NCBI GenBank assembly: GCA_001661245.1 | Contig: KV454015.1 | Coordinates: 475,465-539,464 of the forward strand | DNA from: Pachysolen tannophilus NRRL Y-2460 | Taxonomy: Eukaryota | DNA length: 64,000 nucleotides | Direction: 5' to 3' | In this document: positions 21,556 to 34,668 of the stretch, in pieces | Layout of the letters: the number at the start of each line of letters is the position of its first letter | How positions within the stretch are numbered: the stretch's first letter is position 1 | The notes under the pieces: model-generated | Seen by the model: the letters and a program-made list of their open reading frames with translations, nothing else | Databases searched by the model: none | What the model was told of the DNA's origin: nothing | Program-made: the position numbers and the translations under genes

Positions 21556-23202
21556 TCAAAAAGAGCTCCAGGTCCAATCGGCAGGAACCACTGAAGACGT
21601 TTCTATATTATTTCTATTACTCTCGTCAATACTAGAAATACTTTTGTTCCTTCCATTAGTAGCACCATTATGTTTCCCATTTGTACTGCTGAAATTTTCA
21701 TTTATATATGTATTCCACAGTTGAGCACATGAATTACAAACTTTAACAGCATGACCATTAAGTAAATCAAATTGTGCTTTAAGATTTAAAGAAGCTCTTC
21801 TGTTTGAACAATTTGAACAAAAAATCTCTCCACATTTCCGACAATGATGTCTTCTATTTATTAATGAAAATTTAATATTACAACCATGACATACATTTCT
21901 TTGATTATTAGGAACCCAATGTCTCTTCATGGGCTCATAACTATAAGCAGACATAGATGAAATTGAAGTTCCACTTCTTGGTGAAGTTGATGGTGATGAC
22001 TGAGAAGTTGTAATACCTTTTGAATTCGTTTCATTAACAGCATCTGTCAGTGTCGGGAAAAGCGATATTCCAGTATTCACTAAAGTATTAGTCATATTAT
22101 TATTATTATTATTATTATCAAGCGAAGAAATTGAAGTGTTTGAATGCCTTTTAGAAGGAATGGATGAATAATTATATGCAAGAGAATTACTCGATTGATA
22201 CAGAGGCGGCCTTAATACTGCTGGTATATAATTAGGAGTTTTCAAATCATCAATTTGTCTAATCGGTCCATCCAGATTTATTCTCTCTCTTGGATCTTTC
22301 CCATTCGATTGTTTTCTTCTGCAAAGTGATTGTGGAATAGGAGTTGCAGATTCTGATGTAGTTGTATTTGTTTCCAAATTATGTAAAGCTCTTCTTGCAA
22401 TATCTGCATAATTCATAGGACGTCCATTCTCATCAGTAGCACCAAACCGATTCTCTTGTTTCCCACCATTATTCCTAGCAAAATTTAATTGAAAATAACT
22501 GCTTGACCGACTCTTATTAGTATTAGTATTACTATTATTATTATTATCATCACCACTATTATTATTATTATTCTTATTATTATTATTATTATTACTATTA
22601 CTTTCGCCTAGTGAATTTGAAGAAGAATATTTCCCATATGGTTGTGATAGATCATAACTTGCAGGAAAGTATTGTTTTGTATGTGCATTTTTGGTAGGTG
22701 AATTATTATTTGATGAATAAGAAGTATTCGATGTATTAGAAGTTGTAGTTGATGTATTTCTTGATGAATTAGAAAAATTATTATTTGATTCTACTGATAA
22801 ATCAATTTTTTTCTGTTGTTTATCTTTATTTTCCCTTCTAGGATTTTTTTTATTTATGTAATCACAATCACCTAAAGGTTCATGCTCAGCAATTTTAACA
22901 ACATTTGATTTAGCCATCAGTACTACATTACTCATCCTTGGCAGCCGTATTTGTTCATCATAACTTAAATTTGCTTCTCTTGTATCATCACCAGAAGAAT
23001 TATTATATTCACCATTTGTTGAAACAGATCCCGGATTTGAACCAGGTAAAATATGTAATTCTGGTTCTATTATACTTGATATAGCAGAATGAGCAGCAGT
23101 CCTGGAACGTATAGGTTGCTTTTTAAATGAAAACAAACATGAATCCATTGAATGATTTGTATATTGTGGTTTAACATCTGGTGACATTATTTTAAAACTC
23201 AT
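21556..23202 (-). CDS. Fungal FYVE-domain protein with C-terminal PxDWxWSSF motif
   Basis: YIPAVLRP, HWVPN..C..C..RRHHCRKCG..C..C..KVC; ends VPADWTWSSF. Confidence 0.85.
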   Translation of the reverse strand: MSFKIMSPDVKPQYTNHSMDSCLFSFKKQPIRSRTAAHSAISSIIEPELHILPGSNPGSVSTNGEYNNSSGDDTREANLSYDEQIRLPRMSNVVLMAKSNVVKIAEHEPLGDCDYINKKNPRRENKDKQQKKIDLSVESNNNFSNSSRNTSTTTSNTSNTSYSSNNNSPTKNAHTKQYFPASYDLSQPYGKYSSSNSLGESNSNNNNNNKNNNNNSGDDNNNNSNTNTNKSRSSSYFQLNFARNNGGKQENRFGATDENGRPMNYADIARRALHNLETNTTTSESATPIPQSLCRRKQSNGKDPRERINLDGPIRQIDDLKTPNYIPAVLRPPLYQSSNSLAYNYSSIPSKRHSNTSISSLDNNNNNNNMTNTLVNTGISLFPTLTDAVNETNSKGITTSQSSPSTSPRSGTSISSMSAYSYEPMKRHWVPNNQRNVCHGCNIKFSLINRRHHCRKCGEIFCSNCSNRRASLNLKAQFDLLNGHAVKVCNSCAQLWNTYINENFSSTNGKHNGATNGRNKSISSIDESNRNNIETSSVVPADWTWSSF

Positions 23203-23379
23203 GTTAAATAAATAAACTCAAAGAGCAAACATAGAAAAAAGCAAAAAAAAAAAAATAAAAAAAATATCTCAGCTTGTTTAATATATCAATTAGGATATTA
23301 GTAGTACCACTAATAATAATAATGATGATGATGAATTATATATTAATTAATTAATTAATTAATTAATATATGTAAATAT

Positions 23380-23416
<37 letters not shown>

Positions 23417-24649
23417 TTAAAGGATTGAAATAAAATCAAACCCAAAGTAAAACTTTAGTTTTTAATAAAAGTTTGAACAAGTTAGCGGTTAAAAAAGCTA
23501 ACGTTATTATTTTTTATTAAATGATTTTAATAATATATATATATATTTTTTATATATATATATAAAGATAAGTATTAGATAAAGGGCAAATTTGATTTAA
23601 TGTGCCGTAAACTTTAAATTGCCGCTGAATCATTAAAAGTAGTGTACCTAAAGGACAAAAGAAGATTCAAAGATTTAACAAGAGAAAAAAAACAAATGAA
23701 ACATATGGAGCAAATAAATTAACCGCTGTTGAATTAAAGATATATCTGCTTGTTACCAGATAGACTCTTTTTTTTTGCCTTTTCTTTTTCATTTGATTGA
23801 TTTGTTGTTTTATTTAATTCTCCTTTATTCTTCCAATAATTCTAGTTTTTTTTTTAAACTCTTAAGATTCGGGTTTAATGGAAGGCAAGTCGAATTATGC
23901 ATCCTTAATTTGTCCCTGGTACATACATATATATACATATACATTAGGAATTTTTCTTTTTTTTTCTTCTTGTTTCTTTTTTTTTTCTCTTTCATTTCCC
24001 CTTGTTTGACATTTGAATGATTTGAATAAGTAGAAACACAATTGGCTATTATATATATATGGTAAGCTGTTATGATAACTAATACTAGAACCTATTCTTT
24101 AATTCTATATCTTTGTGAATAGATAAAACTCAAAAATTATAGTCAGAAAAGGAGAACATAATTTTAGAATATATAATAAAAAAAATTAGACTGTCCGGGT
24201 AACTAATTTTTAGCTTAGAAAATTTTTAGGGGGACTAAAAGTACAATTTTTCCATTTTCTAATAGTTTTCGTTAACAATAAGTAACATTAGTTTGAATGT
24301 TGATGTAATATGAAAAGACCAAAATACACTCGCGAAATAAACTTTATATAATTGCTAAAATACGTAAGCTAAGCTGTTGTTACAAAGAGCCAAGAAGAAG
24401 ATCTGTCCAATCAGAGCCTGTTCTCACGTCTTGTGCATCATATAATTTATCGGGGAGAAAAACTTCAACATAAATTATATATAAACAAAAGAGACAATAA
24501 AACAATTTTTCTTTTGTCTCATTTGTTTGATACCTATTTAGTCAACAAAGAGAAAGACAAAAAAAAAAATCTTGTGACCTAGACCAACCTACATTACATG
24601 ATGAAATTAAATAAATTAAGACAATTAAGACAATGAATTAATGAATGGA

Positions 24650-26053
24650 TTAGCCATTTTGTCTTAGGATTTTAGATACAATTTCGGCATTTTCTCTTGG
24701 GATCATGACTATACTTGATCTTGCCATTGATAAGTAACTCATCTCAAATATTGTATCAGTTTCGGTATTTTTACCATTGTTATTGTTATTATTATTATTA
24801 TTATTATTATTAGTTTGTTCGCTTATCTTTGTTTCTTCTTTTATTAATCTGCTAGCTACACCAGCAACAATTCCTTTTGAATCCACAGGTAATTTGAATA
24901 AATCTATAGTTATAGGTATTATTATATCACTTGTAGAACCAACTAAATTTTTAGAATAAAATCCTAATCTTGAACGTTGTCTTGAAGAACAAGGTAATAA
25001 TAATGCAACTTCTTGAGGTGATGTTTTAGTTATAGCAAAATATTTAGGAAATTCTGCAGATGCATTTGGTGGATATTTGGAAAGTGCATTTGCAGCTGTT
25101 ATTACTGTTTTTGAAGCTTCCCTTGAGCGTGCACCAGTAAGTAATAATTTGATTCCAGGAAAAATTTTAGGTTTAACGTTGACCCGTTTGAATAAGTTGA
25201 AAGTTTTAACATCTAAATCTTCATCTATGTTATCTTTATTATCAGTATCATTATCAGTATCAGCATTGGCATCAGTAGATTCTAATCCAACATTTTGGCT
25301 CGAGTCTTGTCTCAAGTCTTGGCTCACTATATAACTTCCTGCAATATTTGAAAAACTATAACCTTTCTCTTCTAATAATTTAATTACTTTATCTTTAGCT
25401 TGTTCTGGTATAACTACAATATCTGAAAAATAACTACTCAAGAAAAATAACGAAATACCAGCTTTCGATAATGGTTCAGTTAATTCCAATACTCTTTTAC
25501 CAACGTTTAAACCATCTCCTGCAACTTGTAAAAAATAAAAATTATCTTCTAAAAGTTTAACATTATAATTTAATTTTTGTGAAATTTCAATAGCTTCTTT
25601 AAAAAAATAAAGAAAAATTGTAGGAAACATTAACGTACATTCATCTGGTGTTAAAGCTAAATGGAAAAATTTTTCATCCTCAACATCAACTTCCTCATTT
25701 TCTTCATCTCGTTTTTCATGATTCCCATTCGTGGCACTCGGCACTTGTGGTATTAATGAAACCTGTGATTCAGTTAAAGAATCTTTCTTACTAGATGCCG
25801 ACCAATCTGATACGTCCGACACCCCACCACCACCGCCACCATTACCTTCAAATTCATTCTCATCATCATCTTCATCATCATCATCACTGGAACCTCCTGA
25901 CCCGTTCGAGAATAACTCCTCACTAACACTATCAAATGTCTCTATTGAATTATGCAATAATCTTTGAATGCCATTTGAAAAAAGCCAATAATTTTCTCTA
26001 GGAATCGATAAAATCGATATCTTTGTACTAGATAATTGAACTTGTGTATTCAT
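24650..26053 (-). CDS. CASTOR/GATS-like ACT-domain protein
   Basis: FFHLALTPDECTL, RVLELTEPLSKAGISLFFLSSYFSDIVVIP, GIVAGVASRL, MSYLSMA; ATG at 26053. Confidence 0.8.
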   Translation of the reverse strand: MNTQVQLSSTKISILSIPRENYWLFSNGIQRLLHNSIETFDSVSEELFSNGSGGSSDDDDEDDDENEFEGNGGGGGGVSDVSDWSASSKKDSLTESQVSLIPQVPSATNGNHEKRDEENEEVDVEDEKFFHLALTPDECTLMFPTIFLYFFKEAIEISQKLNYNVKLLEDNFYFLQVAGDGLNVGKRVLELTEPLSKAGISLFFLSSYFSDIVVIPEQAKDKVIKLLEEKGYSFSNIAGSYIVSQDLRQDSSQNVGLESTDANADTDNDTDNKDNIDEDLDVKTFNLFKRVNVKPKIFPGIKLLLTGARSREASKTVITAANALSKYPPNASAEFPKYFAITKTSPQEVALLLPCSSRQRSRLGFYSKNLVGSTSDIIIPITIDLFKLPVDSKGIVAGVASRLIKEETKISEQTNNNNNNNNNNNNGKNTETDTIFEMSYLSMARSSIVMIPRENAEIVSKILRQNG

Positions 26054-26914
26054 ATCCAAACCACAAAAGTTTTTATAATCACAAACAAATTCCAATACTT
26101 AACTGAACAAAAGAAAATTCAAACAATTTATAAATTATATATATATATATATATACTTAGTTATCTTGCATATGATTAGTACCTAAAAAGGCTCTTTTGA
26201 TTTCTTTAGCTTAAAAAAAAAAATTTTTTTTTCTTTTTTCTTTCTGACTCATTCAACTTAACTAATTTACAATGTTCAAAACTAAAAAAACAAGAGAAAT
26301 TATTTATATAAATCGCAGATGAGTCAAGATATTTACATTCTTTAATGGAAACGGAAAAAATAAAATAAAAAAAAAGAGAAAATAAATTATTGTCCTTGCG
26401 AAGTTCTTTTATATTTTTTTCATATCAGAGATGCCACTATTAATATAGTATTATATAGTATTGTATCCACACAAATTAGATAATGCGCTTTACACAATTT
26501 TTTCAAAAATTATTTCCTCTTTAGGTGAATTGATTGATAGATAGAAAAGCGAATGAATAAAACAGTAAAATAAAAAAAAAATAAATACATACACACACAA
26601 TTTACAATGATCTCTCACTTATTCATTATACAAGAATTGAAAAAAACAACAACAACAACAAAATGAACAACAGGTATTCAAGCAAACTTGACAATTTTTA
26701 TCTTTTTATTTTATTTTTTTTTTTTTTTTTCTTAATTTTTTAATTTTTTGTTTGTTTTTGTTTTTAATGACCAATCTTTTTACTTTATCTTTCTAATACA
26801 AATACTGAAACTTTTAATTATACAAAGGAATGAGGATTTAAAGGTATAATAATGATTTCGATTAATCCCCAACTTTTTAGTTTTTTTTTTTTTTTTTTTT
26901 TTATTTATTTATTT

Positions 26915-27208
26915 NNNNNNNNNNNNNNNNNNNNNNNNNNNNNNNNNNNNNNNNNNNNNNNNNNNNNNNNNNNNNNNNNNNNNNNNNNNNNNNNNNNNNN
27001 NNNNNNNNNNNNNNNNNNNNNNNNNNNNNNNNNNNNNNNNNNNNNNNNNNNNNNNNNNNNNNNNNNNNNNNNNNNNNNNNNNNNNNNNNNNNNNNNNNNN
27101 NNNNNNNNNNNNNNNNNNNNNNNNNNNNNNNNNNNNNNNNNNNNNNNNNNNNNNNNNNNNNNNNNNNNNNNNNNNNNNNNNNNNNNNNNNNNNNNNNNNN
27201 NNNNNNNN
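26915..27208. other. Assembly gap (N run)
   Basis: Ns flanked by poly-T. Confidence 1.
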
Positions 27209-27255
27209 TTTTTTTNTTTTATTTATTTATTTTTTTTTTTTTCGGTGGTTGCTGT

Positions 27256-28815
27256 TTAAACAATTACAGCTGGTAATAATTCATTGATTTTTTCATAATC
27301 ATTTTTTGAAGAATCACTATCTTCTTCTTTATTACTATTATTTTGTAAATCTTCTTCTTGTTCTCCTTTGATGTCCTTTGAAGAAGAATAAGGGTTTTCA
27401 CTACTGAGTATATTTAAAGTATTAGCATTACTCAACATGGAAAGTCTTGATCTTCTAGAGTATCTTGCAGCTTTAAAACTAAGTAAAGCATCATCTAAAT
27501 TATCATAATTTAAATAATTAGAAAATTTTCCTTCAGATTGTTGTTGTTTACCATTTTCTTGTTTATCTTCATGTGGTATTGGGGAAGGTAATATAAATGA
27601 TCCATTTTTATATTTTTCAGATGTGACTTGTTGTGAAGCATTAATTTGCAGTTGAACCATTTTTGGATCAAGTGTAGATAATGAATCATTTTGATTTGAA
27701 CTATAAAAAGATGATCTATCTGGAGAATTAATAACGCTTGCGTTATTAATAACATTAACATTTTTCACCGAAAGTTGCGAATAATCAGGATTATCATATA
27801 TCCATGATTGTCTAGTGAAAAAATCTGTTGGTGGAGGAGTCCACATAAAATTATCTTGATCTTTTGATAATGTTGCTAAATTTGGTGTTTCAAATTGTGG
27901 TGATGAAATATAATTTGTATTTTGTTCTATTTGTTCTTGATGTGAAATAACATTGAATTGAGGTTCTTCAACCAGTTGAACTTCTATTAAACTTTTTTCT
28001 GAAGAAGAATTTGAAGAATTTGAATGTGATGCTGTAACCAATTTTTTCTGTTGTTTTTCCAATTCTAATAATGATTTTAAACTATTTGAAGATGAAGCCT
28101 GTTTATGCTTCAAATAATCTTTATTATTATTATTATTATTATTTCTTGTATATGAACTAAGAGAATTGGAAGTAAGTGATGTAGCCAAAGTATTCATTGA
28201 ATTTGATCTTGTTGAAAGTATTGATGAATTAAAAGATTTTTCACTAAAAGAACGATTCATCATTGATTTTGAAGAAACACTTGTACTATATTTATGATTA
28301 ATAGGTAATGTAGTGAATGAAGAATAACCTATAATTTTATTACCATTTTTACGGCATCCATCTTCTTTATCATCATTATCACCATTATCATTATTAGTAT
28401 TATTATTATTTTCATCATCTTCTTCATCTTCTTCTTTAATAATTTCTGGTCTACTATCATGTCTTGTAACACCTAAATTTAAGACACTTTCATCTATAAC
28501 CATACCATTAAAACATTTTTCTAATCCAAATGAGGCACAATGTCCAATATGTGCAGTATGACTAAAATCAAATGGCGTTCCAATAACTATATGTTGATTT
28601 TTTTGATCATCATTATTAATATTATTTAATTCATCAAAATTTTCATCATTACCCCCATTTTTTGTTTGTTGCTTCCCAAGAGGTTTATTATAATTTGTAA
28701 CAACTGTACGATAAACTTTTTTAAAAAATTTTCTTCTTTTACTATTATCTTCAAACATTATTGAAGCTCTATTATTAGCTCCATAAGCATTATGATCATC
28801 ATCAACATCAACACC

Positions 28816-28851
<36 letters not shown>

Positions 28852-29058
28852 GCTATTCAACAATAAGGCAGATGAAAGTCTTCGTCTACCTTTTGAAAGA
28901 AAATTATTATTCAACGACAGAGAAGAAACCCCACGGCGGTAAAATCTAAAATCTGCACTATCATTATCATCAATCCAAAGAGAATCCATTTGAGATTTTA
29001 AATCTATTAACCTAACATTTGAATCAGAATCAGAAGTCATACTAGTACTAGTATCCAT
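27256..29058 (-). CDS. CRIB-domain Cdc42 effector, Gic1/Gic2-like
   Basis: CRIB IGTPFDFSHTAHIG preceded by a basic patch; rest low complexity; MCB-like ACGCGT near 29526 upstream. Confidence 0.7.
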
Positions 29059-30106
29059 ATTCTCAAATATGCGAAAAATAAAAGAATTATAATATATATA
29101 TAATTATATGTAGTAACAAAGGGGGATAATATATATATATATATATATATTTCTTTTTCTTCTTTTGTTTAACTTATAACAAAGGGGTAAAACAAAACAA
29201 AATTGATTAAAGTCCAAACTTTTCCACCAAAAAAAAACAAAAGAAAAAAAAAAAAGTCAAGATCAAGATTCCAATAGATTTATATATAGATATATAGATA
29301 TAGAGATCTATATACCTCTATATATATATATATATATAGATAGATAGATAGGTACATGAAATCTTGAGATCCAATTTAATTTAGTTCAAAGTTTTTTTTT
29401 CTAATTTTTTTAATTTTTTTGGTGTAACAGTGACTTTCAGTGTGACTTTCAGCGACTTTATCTTTAATCTTGTGCGAAAAGAAACCCCTAAAGGGGTAAT
29501 TCTATCTGTATTATTAAAAAATTGACGCGTTGAGTTCAAAAAAGCATTTCCTAATTAGGAAACCTAATTAAATGCAAATAGTTATGTAATCAAAGGGCGG
29601 CTTAAACTCACTTGAAACAAAAAAAACCAAAAAACCAAAAAACCAAAAAACCAAAAAAAAATTTAAGAGAGAAAGAGAGAAAGAGAGGAAAAAATCAGGT
29701 TCTAGATTAAAGGCGGATACGCGGGTTCTTTGTAGTTTGTTAATTTAATGAGCTTTTTTTTTTTGGTGTGTGCTTTTTTTTGTGTGTGAGCGATGAGAAT
29801 TTTCTCGGTGCATTAAGAATTTTGAGTTTAAAGGCACATGTTTCCTTTAAAATAGTGTAAAATTTTAACGTTTTAACGCTGTATCCTTTGTAATTTCTTT
29901 CCTTTAAACAACAAGAACTAAACTACAAACTATTATATATTATATTACTAAACTGAAAGGTTTTTTTTAAAAAAGGACATTATTATATTTAAAGATCCTA
30001 TTTATAAAAACTCTGGAACAAAGTATTAACGAGTAAGAAAAAAGCCAAAAAAAAAAAGGGTTTTTGGTTTCAAATTAATTTCAACCCCCTTACCTTATTT
30101 CTTTAC

Positions 30107-30139
30107 ATACGTTAGGCTACGTTACGTAGCCTAACGTAT
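30107..30139. repeat. 33-bp inverted repeat (16-bp perfect arms, 1-nt spacer)
   Basis: ATACGTTAGGCTACGT-T-ACGTAGCCTAACGTAT. Confidence 0.95.
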
Positions 30140-30177
30140 ATATTATGTACCATATAAAAAAAAACTACCATAAATAT

Positions 30178-30219
<42 letters not shown>

Positions 30220-30228
30220 GAAATTGAT

Positions 30229-30960
30229 TTAATTATGGCTTTCAAATGTCAGACAAGTTTTTGTGGCACACGAAGTTGCACTTGCGGGATTAACTCCAGT
30301 GACTATTCTATTATCAACAATTGAATAATCATCAAATGGCAGTGGAGGTTCTTGATAAATACCTTTATTTTTACTTGCAATATATTTAACTGTATGTAAA
30401 TTTAATTTTTTTAAAGAACCATCAACACCTGCCAATTTTTCTCCTTCATCTGTAAAACCAGTGACTTTAATACCTTCAATTAATGGTGTACCATTTGATT
30501 TGAGTAAATTATCAAAGATCACAGGGCCATGACAAACAGCAGCAACAACACCACCTTTATCATAGATTTCACTAGCTAATTTATGAAGACCTTTAGCATT
30601 AGGGAAATCAAATACAGCTCCATGACCTCCAGCAGCGAAAAATATACCATAATCAGAAGAAGAAACATTTTTAGAAGGTTTACACAGAGTTTCAAGTAAT
30701 TTTCTAATATTATACTTATCAGTATAATTCTTATAACCTTCTAATTCTTCAGAATTAAGATACATTGAAGAAATTGAATGTTCATCAACTGATGTTGAAC
30801 CTGTTTCTGAAACTATATCAACATCATAACCTTTTTCTTTAAAAACTTTATAAGGATGAGAAACTTCGGAATAAAAAACTCCAGTCTTGTCACCATTTTC
30901 ATAAAATGGCTCAGATGAAGAAGTAACAGCCAATAATACTTTCTTAGGTAAACCAGACAT
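30229..30960 (-). CDS. HSP31: DJ-1/PfpI glyoxalase III, Hsp31 family
   Basis: KKVLLAVTS, TGVFYSEVSHPY, AGGHGAVFDF, catalytic AVCHGP, VTGVNPASA. Confidence 0.93.
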   Translation of the reverse strand: MSGLPKKVLLAVTSSSEPFYENGDKTGVFYSEVSHPYKVFKEKGYDVDIVSETGSTSVDEHSISSMYLNSEELEGYKNYTDKYNIRKLLETLCKPSKNVSSSDYGIFFAAGGHGAVFDFPNAKGLHKLASEIYDKGGVVAAVCHGPVIFDNLLKSNGTPLIEGIKVTGFTDEGEKLAGVDGSLKKLNLHTVKYIASKNKGIYQEPPLPFDDYSIVDNRIVTGVNPASATSCATKTCLTFESHN

Positions 30961-31276
30961 TTTTTTTTTTCCCAACAATTCAAATTAAATTAAACTAAAT
31001 TGAATTTTTTGCTATTAATTAATTATTTTTTGGGTGGGTGCAAATTTATACAATTTATACAATTTATATATATGCAAAAACATCTTTATTGCTATTTTCC
31101 ATTATATTCCGTTATATAAATAAAAACTTCCCCAATTGCTAAAAAAAATAAAAAAATATTATCTAAACCAAAAATTAATTAACTCTCTATACATCCAAAA
31201 AAAAAATCCAAAGAAAAAAACTTTAAACTCATAAACTCGTAAACTCCTTTTATAACCGTACAAACTATCTCTAATT

Positions 31277-31526
31277 CTATCCATAATGTAATGTATGAAC
31301 AGGACATTCCCTAGCACCTTTTCTCTTAAACCAATCATGAATACATTTATAATGGAAAACACATAAACATTCCATTCGAACTACTTTATCTCCAGGCTTA
31401 AATTCTTCAAAACAAATAACACATTCATTATGATCATCACTTTCATCATCCTCATCAATATCTTTATTTGAAAATTTCTCAGTATTAACCAGTTGAGAAC
31501 GATTTTTCCTATTAACATAAGAATTG

Positions 31527-31558
<32 letters not shown>

Positions 31559-32586
31559 GTTATTGTTGTTGTTATTGATTAATGTACTGATAGAAGATCG
31601 AGAGGAATTTAAAGGTTCCATCAATTGATCAATCATATTCACAGGGGTTACCGCTCTAACTGTATCCATTGACGTTGTCAGTGTTGTTGACAGTGTTGTT
31701 GATCTTCCCGCTGAGGACGATAAAGCCGGTATTGGTGTTGACGAAGTTGCCGCAGTGGAATCCAAAGCTGTTGATGAAGAAGATTTACCATTACCTTCAT
31801 CTAAAGCATCATAAATAGAAGGTATTGTTAATGCCATTGTAGTTGCAGCTGCAAAAGATTTTTTTCTCTTTTTTTTAGGTAAAAATTCTTCTTTCTTAGG
31901 ATATGAAATTGTATAAATTAACATTCTATTATTTGTTCTATGCAGTTTTGGAGATCCAGAAAATTCTAAATTAATTAAACAATTATTAATATGATTTTCT
32001 TTTTCTTTTTCTGAAATTCCTGCAATACGCTCATTACATACTGGACATCGATTTTGTAAACTTTCCTCATCATCAAATTCAGAACTATCTTCATCTTCTG
32101 TATTATCTGAAGTGGATTTCCTTTTACTATCACCACCTCGATGACGAAACTTATAATTTTTTTTATTATGATTTCCCCCTCTAATATTCAAAGTTGATGA
32201 CCGACTAATATCCTTAACAGATGAAGAAGAATCATCTATTGAAGAATTAGTAGTGCCAGTGGCATTATTACTATTACCACCACCTCCATTGATCGCAAGT
32301 GTGGCTGAAACGTTCAACGCATTTCTAATCATTTCAATCTCCTCATAACATGTATCACAAGTTCTATGTGGAACATGAGGACTCTCCAAGAAAATCTGTG
32401 ATGGCGGAGAAACCACATAAGTTGATGGTAAATAAGTAATTTGTCTTGATGAACAATCATCACAAACAACCCTCCCACATTTCCTACAATGATGTTTCCT
32501 ATGCCAAAATGTAAACAGTGACCCACATATAGGACAATTCTCTACATCCTCATCTGCTTGCCATGTAGATACCGCCAACTGCTGAA

Positions 32587-32619
<33 letters not shown>

Positions 32620-32728
32620 TGTTATTATTATTAGAACCTGAACCCATTGAAGATAAAGAAGCAGCACTAACTGAATTCGATAAATTCTCTTCACCATTAT
32701 TGTGGCGGGGAGTATTATTAAAAGACAT
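31277..32728 (-). CDS. PIB1: FYVE-RING E3 ligase Pib1
   Basis: WQAD..C..C..RKHHCRKCGRVVC FYVE; RING-H2 ECVICFEEF..MECLCVFHYKCI..W..CPVH. Confidence 0.92.
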
Positions 32729-33037
32729 CTTTCACAAATCTTTATCTCCTTTAACTAAATCTCACTCTAAAACCACTCCACAAGGCAAAAATAAACAAAA
32801 AAAAAAAAAAACAAACACAAAAAAACACAAGCAATACTTCCAACCAGATAGATCAAATTAAATCCCTTTTAATTCTTTCCTTACCTCTATCTTTATTTCT
32901 TTTTTTCTTTACAATAAACAAGTTAATATATATTACAATAATTAGTTTTATAAAATTATATAGAAAATTGGTTTTAAAAAGATAAAAGACAATACTAAAT
33001 ACCTAATTTGGACTTTTGTGTTTTATCAAACTACCTT

Positions 33038-34392
33038 TTAGAAGAGGTTTTCATCTTCAACATCACTTTCAACGTCCATTTCTTCATCTTCAGAGTCAGT
33101 GGTTGAGTCGGAAGATATCTCTTCATCTTCTACTGCTTCTCCTCTTGCTCTGGCCTCTTCGCGTTGTTTTCTGCGTAATTTTTTAGCCAGTTTAGTGGCT
33201 TTCTTTGCATCGATGTTTGCCTTTTGTTCTTTTTTCCTTGCTTCTCTTTCTCTTTGTCTTTGAGCATGTTTAGCGTCCAATAATTTGACTTCATTTGCCG
33301 ATTTCTTGATATAGGAGTGGTAGAGGACTTTCCCAGAGCAAACACCTTCTTCAATCTTTATCAATGATAAGTTTAACCTAGGACCTATTTCTGTAAGTTT
33401 TACAGCTCTTTTCTTTACATCTGGAGCAGCAGCAGTAGAAGTTGTAGAAGCAGTTGTTTGTGCTTGTGATTGTGATTTCGACGACGGTACAGCTTTAGAT
33501 TTCACAATTGTTGGGGCATCGTCTTTTATTTCAACAACTGCATCTTCTTCAATTTCAGATTCACTAGTATATGCATTTGCATATGGATCTAAAACCAAAT
33601 CTACAACATCTGTTGATTTGGCTAAATTGGGTAATTTCTTATTTAAATGTGTCTTTGCATTAATTAATTTCTTAATTCCTTTAGTACCTTCAACTAATTT
33701 TGTATCTATAGCATAATGTCTTAAATCAATTATTCCAGTTTCTGGATCTTTATTTAACATCAATACTCTCTTGATAGAATTGATCTTTGTCAGTTGAGGA
33801 GAAATTGGAGGAAACATATTTTGAAACATCGTCACCAATAATGCTTCATGTGGCTCTGCAGTCTTTGGGTTTTTAAACCCATTCATCACTAATAATGGAG
33901 AATTTAAAAATTCAGAACTATCTTTACCTAAAGATTTTGGATTTCTCATAAATTTCCTAATATCTTTATTCAATGAATAATTATTAACTTTAAATGTAAA
34001 TGTAGGACCTTTTGGAATACTTGCAAATCTTAAATGTGTAGTTCCACTTTCAGATTTACTAAATACCATCAACTGTGTTACACCTAAAGGACCAGCCATA
34101 ACAATAAAATCCCGAAGTCTATTCGATTTCCTTTCTCTTAACTTAATAGCTGTATGAGGCTGCATCATATTCCTCATATCCTTAACTAATTGATTCAAAG
34201 AATGGTTCCCTAAAGAATCCCCAGTCCTTATCACCATAGACCGAGGTATCTTCAGAAGTTGTTCCTCAGATACTTTTGTATGAGTTCTCTTCTTGATCTA
34301 TAAATATTTTGAAAAAATATAAAAATATTAGTATTTAATTATTTACCATCATATATAAAAAAATTTTTATAACTTACTCTTCTCTTACCCAT
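33038..34392 (-). CDS. SSF1: Brix-domain ribosome biogenesis factor Ssf1, two exons (34392-34378, 34297-33038)
   Basis: MGKRR + IKKRTH..IPRSMVIR; intron GTAAGT at 34377, TACTAAT at 34333-34327, TAG at 34298; MQPHTAIKLRERKSNRLRDF, LTEIGPRL. Confidence 0.95.
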
Positions 34393-34497
34393 TACCTATT
34401 CTATTCTATTCTATCTATCTATCTATCTATCTATATCTCAATACTCTTCAACTAATAATAGTTTCTTTATATTCTTTATTTTATCTTATTTAAAAAG

Positions 34498-34568
34498 TGA
34501 AAAATTTTTTTTATTTTTTTTTATTTTTTTTTGCTTTTTAAACAATTTATAAATAAGAAAAATTTTCA
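34498..34568. promoter_or_regulatory. Two oppositely oriented RRPE elements in the SSF1-RRP3 bidirectional promoter
   Basis: TGAAAAATTTTT at 34498 and GAAAAATTTTCA at 34557 between two ribosome-biogenesis genes. Confidence 0.75.
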
Positions 34569-34668
34569 TTTAAATTTTTTCAATTTTTTTTATCTTTTAA
34601 ATAATATTAAATTCATTGGGATTGAGTAGTTTGGAGAAAGGGTAAAAGGTTGGTAAAAGGTTTGAATA

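Noticed and set aside
21556..32728. Two FYVE genes as a tandem duplication or cluster
   Set aside because: Different architectures and families, with no similarity outside the FYVE core
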